Part shown: positions 1 through 9,355 of the stretch, piece by piece
How the letters are laid out: every line of letters starts with the position of its first letter
Numbering within the stretch: position 1 is the first letter of the stretch
NCBI GenBank assembly: GCA_006844605.1
Contig: SPJN01000004.1
Coordinates: 78,635 to 142,634 of the forward strand
From: Hyphomicrobiales bacterium
GTDB lineage: Bacteria > Pseudomonadota > Alphaproteobacteria > SPJN01
DNA: 64,000 nucleotides
Reading direction: 5' to 3'
Notes under the pieces: generated by a model
Told to the model about the DNA's origin: nothing
Database searches by the model: none
Seen by the model: the letters and a program-made list of their open reading frames with translations, nothing else
Translations under genes and position numbers: made by a program

Positions 1-421
1 CGGGGCCACCCAATCCGGCGCGCCGATGAAAACTGACGCTGCCTAATTGTGCATTGCCGATGAAGCCGCCAGCAGTGGCAAGATAGGCCCAGCCGCCCTG
101 TCGTGAAGGGGCCAGCGTCAGTCTATCCCCAGCGCGCAGTAAAAATCGGCTGGTGGGAAAGACGTCGTCGCCGTTGATCGTGGCTGTTCCCATCGGTGCG
201 CAGACGCCAATATGGCAATCTGTTTGTGCCTCACACATGACCCCCATCTGGTCCAGTTCCAGTACCGGCACCTCATCAGAATTACCGACAATGCGATTAA
301 CGGTGCTGGCAGCAAGCCAATCCATCGGTCCGGATGCTGATACGCCGTATCGCTGCCATCTCAGCCGCCCCTTGTCCTGAAGGCTGGCACCGGGGCCGAT
401 TTTGTTGAGCCGCAATGCCAT
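1..421 (-). CDS. pxpC: 5-oxoprolinase subunit C / allophanate hydrolase subunit 2 (runs off the left edge)
   Basis: Not in the ORF track. Hand translation from ATG 421 (overlapping the pxpB stop) gives MALRLNKIGPGASLQDKGRLRWQRYGVSASGPMD...GGWAYLATAGG, matching the AHS2 motif QDxGR...GVxxSGxMD. Confidence 0.88.
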   Translation of the reverse strand, partial: MALRLNKIGPGASLQDKGRLRWQRYGVSASGPMDWLAASTVNRIVGNSDEVPVLELDQMGVMCEAQTDCHIGVCAPMGTATINGDDVFPTSRFLLRAGDRLTLAPSRQGGWAYLATAGGFIGNAQLGSVSFHRRAGLGGP

Positions 422-1116
422 CAATCGCCTCCCGCCTGTTGTAATTTTGCGCTTTCCCACTGGGCGGCATCTATGGGGGTGAAGCTGATTGTGTCGCCGA
501 CTTGGAACGGCGTCACGGGATTTTCATCTGCATTGAAAATGGTCACGGGCGTGCGCCCAATTACGTACCAGCCGGTTGGCATTGCCACGCTGGAAATCAA
601 CGCCTGCTGCCCCCCAATCATAATGCTGCCCGCAGGCACTTCAGGGCGGGGGGTAGTGCGGCGGGGCACATGCAATGCCCTGGGCAGACCTGCAAGATAG
701 GCGCAGCCGGGCATGAAGCCGAACATGGCAATTGTGAATGTGGCGTGCTGATGCAGCGTAATCGCCTGATCAAATGCCAGGCCGCTTGCTGCTTGATACT
801 CTTCCTTGTCCAGCGCGTAGGGCAGGTCATAACAGACTGGTACGTGCCAGTGATTGCCTTGCGCGACGGTCATGACGGTCTGTGCCAGTCGGTCTTTGAC
901 ATGTTCGGTAAGGTGCAGGTGCGTGCATTGCAGGGGATCAAAATGGATCGTCAGACTGCGATAGGTTGGAACGCTTTCAATCACACCCTTGGGCGGGTTT
1001 TTTCTGATGGCGTGATCCAACGCGCTAACGGCCTGCATCAATTCAGGCGCGATCACGTCGCCAAACTCAACCGTTAGGGCGCTGTCGCCAAGCGGTAGGA
1101 AGCGCGGCCCGCTCAC
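421..1116 (-). CDS. pxpB: 5-oxoprolinase subunit B / allophanate hydrolase subunit 1
   Basis: LGDSALTVEFG, VPTYRSL, GFMPGCAYL, PAGSIMIGG and PTGWYVIGRT motifs; lies between pxpA and pxpC. Confidence 0.92.
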   Translation of the reverse strand: MSGPRFLPLGDSALTVEFGDVIAPELMQAVSALDHAIRKNPPKGVIESVPTYRSLTIHFDPLQCTHLHLTEHVKDRLAQTVMTVAQGNHWHVPVCYDLPYALDKEEYQAASGLAFDQAITLHQHATFTIAMFGFMPGCAYLAGLPRALHVPRRTTPRPEVPAGSIMIGGQQALISSVAMPTGWYVIGRTPVTIFNADENPVTPFQVGDTISFTPIDAAQWESAKLQQAGGD

Positions 1117-1883
1117 CGCGTTGTACCATTATAAAGGGGGGAGGCAATGGTCAGCCCCGCGCGCTCCAATGCGTGCCGCAGGTCGGCGGCAATCGTTACG
1201 GCGTTCTTGGTGTCACCATGAACGCAGATTGTATCAATTTGCGCTGGAATGATGGTGCCGCTTGTTGTGATGACGGCCTTGTCACGGATCATCTGCAACA
1301 CCCGCGCCGTAATTTGCAGCGGGTCATGAATAACGGCGTTGGGCGCTGTGCGGGGTGTTAGAAATCCATCATCGCGATAGGTCCTGTCGGCAAAAATTTC
1401 GCCAATAAATTTCAGTCCAAATTTTTCAGCAGCTGCTGCCTGTCCCAACCCGGACATCCCGACCAAGGCGCGGGTGGGGCCGGTGGCGGTAACAGCCTGC
1501 GCAATGGCGTTGGCAATGGCGCTGTCTTCTTCGGCCATATTGGCCAAGGCGCCGTGAACCTTCAAAAATGGCAAGTTGATGTCATGGCGCACAGCGATGG
1601 CGTCACAGTTTGAGATTTGTTCAACCAACAGGGCGGTGATTTCAATCGGCCGCAATGGCAGGCGCGTGCGGCCAAAATTTTCCGGGTCGTTAAAGCCGGG
1701 GTGAATGCCGCACACCACCCCCTTGTCATGGGCCTGTATAATTAGGTCTTCAAACCGTTCCAAACTGCCGGCATGGGCACCGGTCGCGACATTGGCGCTT
1801 GAAACAATCGACAGCATGGCGCTGTCGGCTGTGTCCAACCCTTCGCCCATATCGCAATTCAAATCGATTGTTTTTATGGTCAT
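1113..1883 (-). CDS. pxpA: 5-oxoprolinase subunit A (LamB/YcsF family)
   Basis: IDLNCDMGEG, SSANVATGAHAG, KVHGAL, EIFADRTY and TICVHGD motifs; start trimmed to ATG 1883. Confidence 0.93.
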   Translation of the reverse strand: MTIKTIDLNCDMGEGLDTADSAMLSIVSSANVATGAHAGSLERFEDLIIQAHDKGVVCGIHPGFNDPENFGRTRLPLRPIEITALLVEQISNCDAIAVRHDINLPFLKVHGALANMAEEDSAIANAIAQAVTATGPTRALVGMSGLGQAAAAEKFGLKFIGEIFADRTYRDDGFLTPRTAPNAVIHDPLQITARVLQMIRDKAVITTSGTIIPAQIDTICVHGDTKNAVTIAADLRHALERAGLTIASPLYNGTTR

Positions 1884-1893
1884 GGTCTGTCGA

Positions 1894-2856
1894 TTATGCC
1901 CGATCCTGTCGCCTGACATTATAGGCACGCCAGCGGTCATGCAGCCAGAACCATTGTGACGGGCGCGCCCGGACCTGCGCTTCGAGCCAATCGTTCATGT
2001 CCTGTGTATAGGTGCGGATGCGTACCTTATCGTCGTCGCCTTGGGGGGCGGGCAGGGGATCATGCACGGTGATCGCGAATTTATAGCTATCTTCGCGGGT
2101 AATCGAAACCGGCAACACAGGCACATCCAATTTCAGCGACAGTTGCAAAACGGTGTGGGCGGTAAACGCGGTATGCCCAAAAAATTTCAGGGGCAGGCCC
2201 TCGCGCATTTTTTGATCAGCAAGCAGGGCAACAATGCCGCCCTGTTTCAAGTGACGTAAAAGCGGGCGGCCCGCCTGCGGCCCCTTTGGGATTTGTAATG
2301 CGGGGGGTGCCCCGGCATCCCTTAAACGATGGACAAATTGATCTATCAGGGGGTTGTTGGGCGCGCGATATATCTCAGCCAGCCTGTCACGATAGGGGCC
2401 AATGGCAAGTGGCAACACTTCCCAATTGGCGAAGTGGCCGGAAATCAGAATGACGCCCTTGCCGGCTGCTTGCGCCTGTTCGAGCCTTTCAAACCCGTTA
2501 ATGGTAATCAGGTCTGACTTCTGGTCGGCAGCATCCAAACTATACTTGTCAAGATGGGCATATTCTGCGGCGGTGCGCCCCAGATTGTCCCACATGCCCC
2601 GTATAATGAGCTGACGTTCAGCTTCGCCCAGTTCCGGCATGGCGCGTTCAAGATTGCGAGCGGCGCGTTTGGTGACGCCAAGGCGAGGGCCGATGCTGTG
2701 GGCAATCCAGCCGCCGAATGCGGACCCTGCCTTGAGGCCTACTATTCTGAAAACCCCCAGCAAAAAGCGCGCGCCAATATATTCCAGCCAATCTTTCAGG
2801 CGTGGTTTGGGCGCTTCTGCGGTTTTTTCAGTCTTGGTAGTCGTGCGATCAGTCAA
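1894..2856 (-). CDS. lpxL: Lipid A lauroyl/myristoyl acyltransferase (LpxL/HtrB family)
   Basis: SGHFANWE, LLADQK, LKFFG and PSQWFWLHDRW motifs. Likely TTG start at 2856 after AGGGAA; the longer ORF overlaps argC. Confidence 0.85.
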   Translation of the reverse strand: MTDRTTTKTEKTAEAPKPRLKDWLEYIGARFLLGVFRIVGLKAGSAFGGWIAHSIGPRLGVTKRAARNLERAMPELGEAERQLIIRGMWDNLGRTAAEYAHLDKYSLDAADQKSDLITINGFERLEQAQAAGKGVILISGHFANWEVLPLAIGPYRDRLAEIYRAPNNPLIDQFVHRLRDAGAPPALQIPKGPQAGRPLLRHLKQGGIVALLADQKMREGLPLKFFGHTAFTAHTVLQLSLKLDVPVLPVSITREDSYKFAITVHDPLPAPQGDDDKVRIRTYTQDMNDWLEAQVRARPSQWFWLHDRWRAYNVRRQDRA

Positions 2857-3024
2857 TGCGAATTCCCTGCCAATCGACCATGATTCGACCATCCACTGTG
2901 TCAAGCAGGGCACAATATGGCAACAGACAAAACCGCACGGTGGCTTGCAAGTAATTGCGCGTTTCACTGTAATGATGTAAGGCTCCGGTCCCGTATAATG
3001 CACATAAAAGGACGAAAGACGGAC

Positions 3025-4059
3025 ATGACAAGCGCAGCAAATATTCTGATTCTCGGTGCCAGTGGCTATACCGGGGCAGAAGCCGTGCGCCTTCTGTCCG
3101 CGCATCCGCATATTCGCATCGGTGGACTAACCGCTGACAGACGGGCAGGGGAAAGCATGGGCGCGGTCTTTCCGCAGCTTGCCCATCTTGATCTGCCGGT
3201 TTTGCAATCAATCGACGATGTTAAGTTTGAAGATTATGACGGCGTGATTTGCGGCCTGCCACATGCCACGACACAACAGGTGTTGGCCAATGTGCCCAGC
3301 ACAGTAAAGGTTGCAGACCTGTCTGCTGATTTCCGGCTGCGCGATCCTGCGACCTATGAAAAATGGTATGGCCATCCCCATCAGGCGTTGGAGCGTCAGG
3401 GGGAGGCTGTTTACGGGCTGACTGAGTTTTACCGGGACGATATCAAAGGCGCCTCGTTGGTTGCCTGCGCAGGCTGTTATCCGACCAGCGCATTATTGCC
3501 GCTGGTTCCCCTTCTTGAGCAGAAGTTGATCGATACCGACCCGATTGTCATCGATTCCAAATCCGGTGTGACCGGGGCCGGGCGCGGTGTTGCCGAAGGT
3601 AAGCTTTATTGCGAAGTGTCAGATGGTTTCCACGCCTATGGTGTGGCGTGGCATCGGCATGGCCCTGAAATTGATCAGGAGTTGAGCGTGGCCGCAGACG
3701 CTGATGTGGTGGTGACGTTTACGCCCCATTTGGTGCCGATGAACCGGGGTATGCTTTCAACCATCTATGTCCGGGGCGAGGCGGATGTCTGCCATAAAGC
3801 GTTGACGGAACGGTTTGCAGATGAGGCATTCGTGCAGGTTTTACCGTTCGGGCAGATGCCCCAAACGCGGCATGTCCGTGGCTCGAACCTGGCAGTGATC
3901 GGTGTGGTGGCTGATCGGCATTCGGGCCGGTCTATTGTCATTAGTGCCATTGATAATCTGGTTAAGGGCGCATCAGGGCAGGGTGTTCAAAACCTGAACT
4001 TGATGTTGGGCTTTGACGAAACGGCTGGGCTGGATCGGTTTCAACCGGTGTTTCCATAG
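3025..4059 (+). CDS. argC: N-acetyl-gamma-glutamyl-phosphate reductase
   Basis: GASGYTG, LPH, DLSADFRL, GCYPT, SGVTGAGR and IDNLVKGASGQ motifs; start ATG 3025. Confidence 0.97.
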   Translation: MTSAANILILGASGYTGAEAVRLLSAHPHIRIGGLTADRRAGESMGAVFPQLAHLDLPVLQSIDDVKFEDYDGVICGLPHATTQQVLANVPSTVKVADLSADFRLRDPATYEKWYGHPHQALERQGEAVYGLTEFYRDDIKGASLVACAGCYPTSALLPLVPLLEQKLIDTDPIVIDSKSGVTGAGRGVAEGKLYCEVSDGFHAYGVAWHRHGPEIDQELSVAADADVVVTFTPHLVPMNRGMLSTIYVRGEADVCHKALTERFADEAFVQVLPFGQMPQTRHVRGSNLAVIGVVADRHSGRSIVISAIDNLVKGASGQGVQNLNLMLGFDETAGLDRFQPVFP

Positions 4060-4062
4060 GCG

Positions 4063-4097
4063 AAAAAGCCGATCCGTGTCAGCGGATTGGTTATTTT
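4063..4097 (+). terminator. Probable intrinsic terminator after argC
   Basis: AGCCGATCCG-tgtcag-CGGATTGGTT hairpin followed by ATTTT. Confidence 0.55.
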
Positions 4098-4248
4098 GCC
4101 GAAAATTCACGCTAATCACCTTGTTTGATTGACCAAATCGGGGCAAATTGGGCAAAAGATCGGGGTGCCGATCATGGCTATTGCGAATTAGGATTGAGGG
4201 GATTCAATCATGGCAAAGGGCGAACAAAATATGGACCGTGGGGCGATT

Positions 4249-5505
4249 ATGACCAAATCAAAAACCATGCTTGGCGTTAGTGTATTGGCGTTGGCGCTGT
4301 CAGCTTGCGGCGGCGATGACCAAACCGCTGCATCATCATCAACCGGGTCTGATGGCCTGTGGACATGGTCAAGCCCGGATGCATGGTATGAAACCGGTGG
4401 ACAACCGGCCAGCGCACCTGCGCCTGCGCAGCCCCAGCAGGCATCTGCGCCGACAGCATCTGCCCAAACCGGCGCATCGGCCCAGATGACCACCCAAACC
4501 TATGAGGTTGAGGAAATTGATCCCGTCACGGGTCGCGTATCGCGCCGTACAGTAACGGAAACTGTGCCGGTATCGGGCTCTGCTATGCAGGGGGCAGGTG
4601 GCGCATCAGTGTCAGCATCCGTCGCAGCGCCGACAGTCAGTGCGTCAACCGGTGGTACGGTTATTCCTGCGGGTAAGTTGCCGTCCAGCGGTTTTGGTGC
4701 TGCTGATACGCGCAATGCAAATTATTCAGGGTCAGTTCGCGGTAGTATGAGCGGTTCTGTTGCCGGCGCGCCTGCAGCTGCACCGACAGTAACCGTTGAT
4801 GCAGCCCCGGTGGCCATGCCCGAACCGGTTGCCGCGCCGCGTGTTTCATCACCGTCAACATCGCCTGACGTGCTTTTGCCGTCTGACATGACGGGTGGGG
4901 CGTCGTCACGCCAAGGGCCGTTGGTAACCTCGCCTGCGGTTGCAGCCTCCGGCCGCACCGTTGGCAGCTTTGATCGTGACTATCTTGATCTGGAAAACGG
5001 CTCAACCCAGCGTTTCACGCGTGAGCCGGGCATGACAGTGTCAGAACGTATGGTGGAACTGGAAACAGAAGTTGTCATGGATTATGACGCTCGCTGGTCC
5101 GATCTTGAGTTTGATGGCGGTGCCATGCGCCAACAGCAGCAACAGGCAATGGCAGGCCCGCAGGCAACCATGCCCTATATGGGTGGCCAGTCAGCGGCTG
5201 CGACCGCACTGTCTTCGACCATTCCGTTTGCGGCAGGTTCTGTGAATCTGTCCACAACAGACCGTCGCCGGATTTTGGAAGCGGTTGTTGCCCAACAGTC
5301 GCGCGGTGGCGTGATTGAGGTTGTTGGCCATGCAGCAGCACCTTCAGTTGACCGTTCTGGGGCGATTTCGGGTTATGACCTTGCCTTGGCGCGCGCGAAC
5401 AAGGTGGGTAAGGCGATGGTTGATGCCGGTGTGCCTGCAAGTGCCGTTCGTCTGCTGGTAATGGGAACAACAGGTCAGGCCAAGGTTGATATCGTCCTGC
5501 GTTAA
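4249..5505 (+). CDS. Lipoprotein with long low-complexity linker and degenerate C-terminal OmpA-like domain
   Basis: Lipobox LSAC after a hydrophobic stretch; Ala/Pro/Ser/Gln-rich middle; C-terminal IPFAAGS...IEVVGHA...LALARA...GVP. Start could be 4210, 4231 or 4249. Confidence 0.75.
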   Translation: MTKSKTMLGVSVLALALSACGGDDQTAASSSTGSDGLWTWSSPDAWYETGGQPASAPAPAQPQQASAPTASAQTGASAQMTTQTYEVEEIDPVTGRVSRRTVTETVPVSGSAMQGAGGASVSASVAAPTVSASTGGTVIPAGKLPSSGFGAADTRNANYSGSVRGSMSGSVAGAPAAAPTVTVDAAPVAMPEPVAAPRVSSPSTSPDVLLPSDMTGGASSRQGPLVTSPAVAASGRTVGSFDRDYLDLENGSTQRFTREPGMTVSERMVELETEVVMDYDARWSDLEFDGGAMRQQQQQAMAGPQATMPYMGGQSAAATALSSTIPFAAGSVNLSTTDRRRILEAVVAQQSRGGVIEVVGHAAAPSVDRSGAISGYDLALARANKVGKAMVDAGVPASAVRLLVMGTTGQAKVDIVLR

Positions 5506-5731
5506 GGTATAGCGGCGGGGCAGGCCGCGACGCGGCGTCGCTCTCCCCGCTGGCTGAACGGCGTCGTTTTTGCCTTACAATTGCCCCGTTCCCCATTGTA
5601 TAAGCAGCTTTCTATTCAGGGTATTGCGGTGGCGTGATGTTGCGCGCCTCGTTATGGCCCGTTTTTCACCGGCCTGACCTTCTGTTGAAGCGCAGGCTTG
5701 TCATTGTGTCGAAGTACCGGAATGCGAAGCT

Positions 5732-6958
5732 ATGTCTGAGGAGTTTCATCGCATCAAGCGATTGCCGCCCTATGTGTTTGAGGAAGTCAACAAACTCAAG
5801 GCGCAGGCGCGAGCGGACGGTCGTGACATCATTGACTTCGGCATGGGCAATCCAGATTCGCCCACCCCGCAGCATATTGTCGATAAGCTGGTGGAGACGG
5901 TAAACAACCCCAAAACGCACCGCTATTCAACATCACGCGGTATTCCGGGGCTGCGTCGTGCGCAGGCCAGCTATTACGAACGTCGCTTTGGCGTCAAGCT
6001 GGACCCAGATACTGAAATTGTGGCGACCCTTGGCTCAAAAGAAGGGCTGGCAAATCTTGCGCAGGCTATCACAACGCCCGGCGATGTGATCCTGACGCCG
6101 AACCCGTCTTACCCGATCCACCCTTATGGTTTTATCATCGCCGGTGCCGTTGCGCGCCATTTGCCGACAGGGCCGGATCACGACTATTTTGAATCGCTCG
6201 ATCGGGCCATGCGCCATTGCCATCCCGCGCCGTCTGCGTTGGTCGTCAATTTCCCGTCAAATCCGACGGCACAGGTGGTTGACCTTGATTTCTATAAGGA
6301 ACTGGTTGCCTATGCGAAAAAGCGTGACTTGATCCTGTTATCTGACCTTGCCTATGCGGAGGTCTATTTTGACGACAATCCGCCGCCGTCAATACTTGAG
6401 GTTGAGGGCGCGCGCGATATTGCTGTCGAATTTACTTCAATGTCCAAAACCTATTCCATGCCCGGTTGGCGTGTTGGTTTTGCCGTAGGGAACAAGCAGT
6501 TGGTCGGGGCACTGACGCGCATCAAGTCCTATCTGGATTATGGGGCATTTACCCCCATTCAGGTGGCTGCTGCCGCCGCATTGAATGGTCCGCAGGACTG
6601 TGTTGATGACATGCGCGCGCTGTATAAAAACCGCCGTGATGTGTTGGTTGAAACAATCGGCCGTGCCGGGTGGGATATTCCCAGCCCGCCTGCCACCATG
6701 TTCGCGTGGGCACCGATCCCGGAACCCTTCCGCCAGCTTGGTAGTCTTGAATTTTCCAAATTGGTCCTGCGGGAAGCTGACGTGGCTGTATCACCGGGCA
6801 TTGGCTTTGGCGAATATGGTGATGGCTATGTCCGTATTGCGTTGGTCGAGAATGAGCAGCGGATCAGGCAGGCTGCCCGCAACCTTAAGAAATTGTTTTC
6901 AAATGCCTCTGACCTTGTTGCCGAGGTTGAGGCTGAACTTGGCCGAAAACCCGCCTGA
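5732..6958 (+). CDS. Class I/II PLP-dependent aminotransferase (AlaC / LL-diaminopimelate aminotransferase-like)
   Basis: DFGMGNPD, GSKEG, NFPSNPT, DLAY and SMSKTYSMPGWRVG (PLP lysine); sits upstream of hom. Confidence 0.9.
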   Translation: MSEEFHRIKRLPPYVFEEVNKLKAQARADGRDIIDFGMGNPDSPTPQHIVDKLVETVNNPKTHRYSTSRGIPGLRRAQASYYERRFGVKLDPDTEIVATLGSKEGLANLAQAITTPGDVILTPNPSYPIHPYGFIIAGAVARHLPTGPDHDYFESLDRAMRHCHPAPSALVVNFPSNPTAQVVDLDFYKELVAYAKKRDLILLSDLAYAEVYFDDNPPPSILEVEGARDIAVEFTSMSKTYSMPGWRVGFAVGNKQLVGALTRIKSYLDYGAFTPIQVAAAAALNGPQDCVDDMRALYKNRRDVLVETIGRAGWDIPSPPATMFAWAPIPEPFRQLGSLEFSKLVLREADVAVSPGIGFGEYGDGYVRIALVENEQRIRQAARNLKKLFSNASDLVAEVEAELGRKPA

Positions 6959-6993
6959 TTACAGGCCCTGACACCTTAGGAACGACGACCCCC

Positions 6994-8310
6994 ATGACTG
7001 AACAGGATCACAAGCCCTTGCGTCTTGCCATTGCCGGATTGGGGACTGTCGGTGTCGGCGTTCTGAAAATCCTCCAAAAGAATGGCGAATTGATTGCTGC
7101 CCGGACAGGGCGCGCTGTCGAAGTGACAGCGGTTTCCGCACGGTCCCGTGACAAGGATCGCGGCGTCGATCTTTCTGCTGTTGCGTGGGAAGATGACCCC
7201 GTTGCGCTCGCCGCGCGGGATGATGTTGATGTCGTGCTTGAACTTATCGGCGGCTCAGACGGTGCTGCCAAGTCCTTGGTCGAGCAGGCGCTAAACAACA
7301 AAAAGCATGTTGTAACGGCGAACAAGGCCCTGATTGCCCATCATGGGGCGGGATTGGCCGATATTGCTGTTGCGAAGGGGGTTGCCCTGAATTTTGAAGC
7401 AGCGGTCGCTGGCGGTATTCCCATTGTGAAGGCGTTGAAGGAAAGCCTGCAGGCCAATGACTATGGCCGGGTTTACGGTATTTTGAACGGCACCTGTAAC
7501 TATATCCTGACCGAGATGGAAGAAACCGGGCGTGATTTTGCTGATGTACTGAAGGATGCGCAGGCGCTGGGCTATGCCGAGGCTGACCCCAGTTTTGACG
7601 TTGGCGGTATTGATGCGGCCCATAAGCTGGCGATATTGGCCGGACTGGCATTTGGCTATGACATCGATTTTGATGCCGTGCAGGTTGATGGGGTTGAGCA
7701 GATTACAGCGAACGATATTAATCTTTCAAAATCATTGGGTTACAGGATCAAGTTAATCGGGTCTACCAGCCTGATTGACGGCGCGTTGGCGCAGGAAGTT
7801 GGCCCCATGCTGGTGCCGCACGGCACGCCGATCTCAGACGTTTCGGGCGTTTTCAACGCCGTGGCGGTTGAGGGTGATTTTATCAATCAATGCTTCTTTG
7901 AAGGTCCCGGCGCGGGAGAGGGGCCGACAGCCTCGGCCGTGATGGGGGATGTGATTGATATTGCCCGTGGGCTTGTCACGCCGCCCTTGGGGCTGGTTGG
8001 TGGTGGCCGTGGGCCGGCAAAAGTTGCCGATAAAGACGCGCATATCGGGGCGTTTTACGTCCATTTGATGCTGCGGGATGAACCCGGCGGCATGGCTGCT
8101 GTTACCAATATATTCTCTGATCACGACATTTCCATTGCCAGCATGTTGCAAAGCGAGCGGGCGGAAATTGCGGGCGATCCTGTGCCTGTCGTTCTGATCA
8201 CACATGAAACCACCGCAGCGCGCCTGAATGTGGCTATTTCAGCCATTTCCGGGTTGAAGGCAAATGCTGCACTGCCGCGTGTTCTACCGATTGCAACATT
8301 CGGTGAATAA
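6994..8310 (+). CDS. hom: Homoserine dehydrogenase with C-terminal ACT domain
   Basis: GLGTVG, VVTANKA, EAAVAGGIP, GILNGTCNYIL, GYAEADP and GPGAG motifs. Confidence 0.97.
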   Translation: MTEQDHKPLRLAIAGLGTVGVGVLKILQKNGELIAARTGRAVEVTAVSARSRDKDRGVDLSAVAWEDDPVALAARDDVDVVLELIGGSDGAAKSLVEQALNNKKHVVTANKALIAHHGAGLADIAVAKGVALNFEAAVAGGIPIVKALKESLQANDYGRVYGILNGTCNYILTEMEETGRDFADVLKDAQALGYAEADPSFDVGGIDAAHKLAILAGLAFGYDIDFDAVQVDGVEQITANDINLSKSLGYRIKLIGSTSLIDGALAQEVGPMLVPHGTPISDVSGVFNAVAVEGDFINQCFFEGPGAGEGPTASAVMGDVIDIARGLVTPPLGLVGGGRGPAKVADKDAHIGAFYVHLMLRDEPGGMAAVTNIFSDHDISIASMLQSERAEIAGDPVPVVLITHETTAARLNVAISAISGLKANAALPRVLPIATFGE

Positions 8311-8377
8311 GGTAGAAAGATAATCAAATTGGGGTGAGCGAATCGCCCTTTATTCGAATTTTGGAAAGGAAAGCCGC

Positions 8378-9355
8378 ATGACGCAAACAGGCAGTCAGGG
8401 TATGGGCCGGATGTTGGTAATGGAACTGGCGCGCGTAACGGAGGCTGCAGCTGTTGCTGCATCTCACCTGATTGGGCAAGGCGACGAAAAAGCAGCCGAT
8501 CAGGCCGCTGTTGACGCCATGCGCACCGCGCTGAACGATCTTGATATTCAGGGCCGCGTTGTTATCGGCGAGGGCGAGCGTGACGAAGCCCCCATGCTGT
8601 ATATCGGTGAAGAAGTTGGCACCGGCAATGGCCCCGCAATCGACATTGCGCTGGACCCGTTGGAAGGGACCACCATCACCGCCAAGGCCATGCCCAATTC
8701 ATTGGCCGTGGTGGCCTTTGCGGAAAAAGGCAATTTCCTTTATTCACCTGACGTCTATATGGACAAAATCGCCGTTGGTGGTGGTTTGCCCGAAGGTGTG
8801 ATTGATCTGGATAAAAGCCCGGCTGAAAATGCCCAGGCCATCGCGGATGCCAAGGGCGTGCCGGTGAACCGCATTACTGCCTGTGTGCTGGATCGTCCTC
8901 GCCATGCTGACATCATCGCGTCTTTGCGCGAAGTTGGCGTGCGCGTGAAGCTGATCGGTGATGGCGATGTTGCCGGCGTGATCGACACAACCAACCCCGA
9001 CACAGGCGTTGATATGTATATCGGTCAGGGCGGTGCCCCTGAAGGTGTGCTTGCCGCTGCTGCATTGCGCTGCATTGGTGGACAGATGCAGGCCCGCTTG
9101 GTGTTCCGTAATGACGATGAAAAAGGCCGCGCCACCCGCATTGGTATCGAAGACCTTGATCGTAAATATGATCTGATGGATCTGGCCAGCGGTGACGTGA
9201 TGTTTGCCGCAACAGGCGTGACCCAAGGATCAATGCTGAACGGCATTCGCCGCAACGCGGACGGCTCTGTCGAGACGCACACAATTGTGATGCGCTCCTC
9301 CTCTGGTACGGTGCGGGAAATCAGCGCCCGTCATACAGATGAAAGCAAGTTCTAG
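8378..9355 (+). CDS. glpX: Class II fructose-1,6-bisphosphatase
   Basis: RVTEAAA, IGEGERDEAPMLYIGE, DPLEGT, DGDV, GGAPEGV and FAATGVT motifs. Confidence 0.97.
   Translation: MTQTGSQGMGRMLVMELARVTEAAAVAASHLIGQGDEKAADQAAVDAMRTALNDLDIQGRVVIGEGERDEAPMLYIGEEVGTGNGPAIDIALDPLEGTTITAKAMPNSLAVVAFAEKGNFLYSPDVYMDKIAVGGGLPEGVIDLDKSPAENAQAIADAKGVPVNRITACVLDRPRHADIIASLREVGVRVKLIGDGDVAGVIDTTNPDTGVDMYIGQGGAPEGVLAAAALRCIGGQMQARLVFRNDDEKGRATRIGIEDLDRKYDLMDLASGDVMFAATGVTQGSMLNGIRRNADGSVETHTIVMRSSSGTVREISARHTDESKF

Noticed and set aside
2857-3111. Apparent head-to-head overlap of lpxL and argC
   Set aside because: Artifact of longest-ORF starts; motif- and RBS-supported starts at 2856 and 3025 leave a normal divergent promoter.
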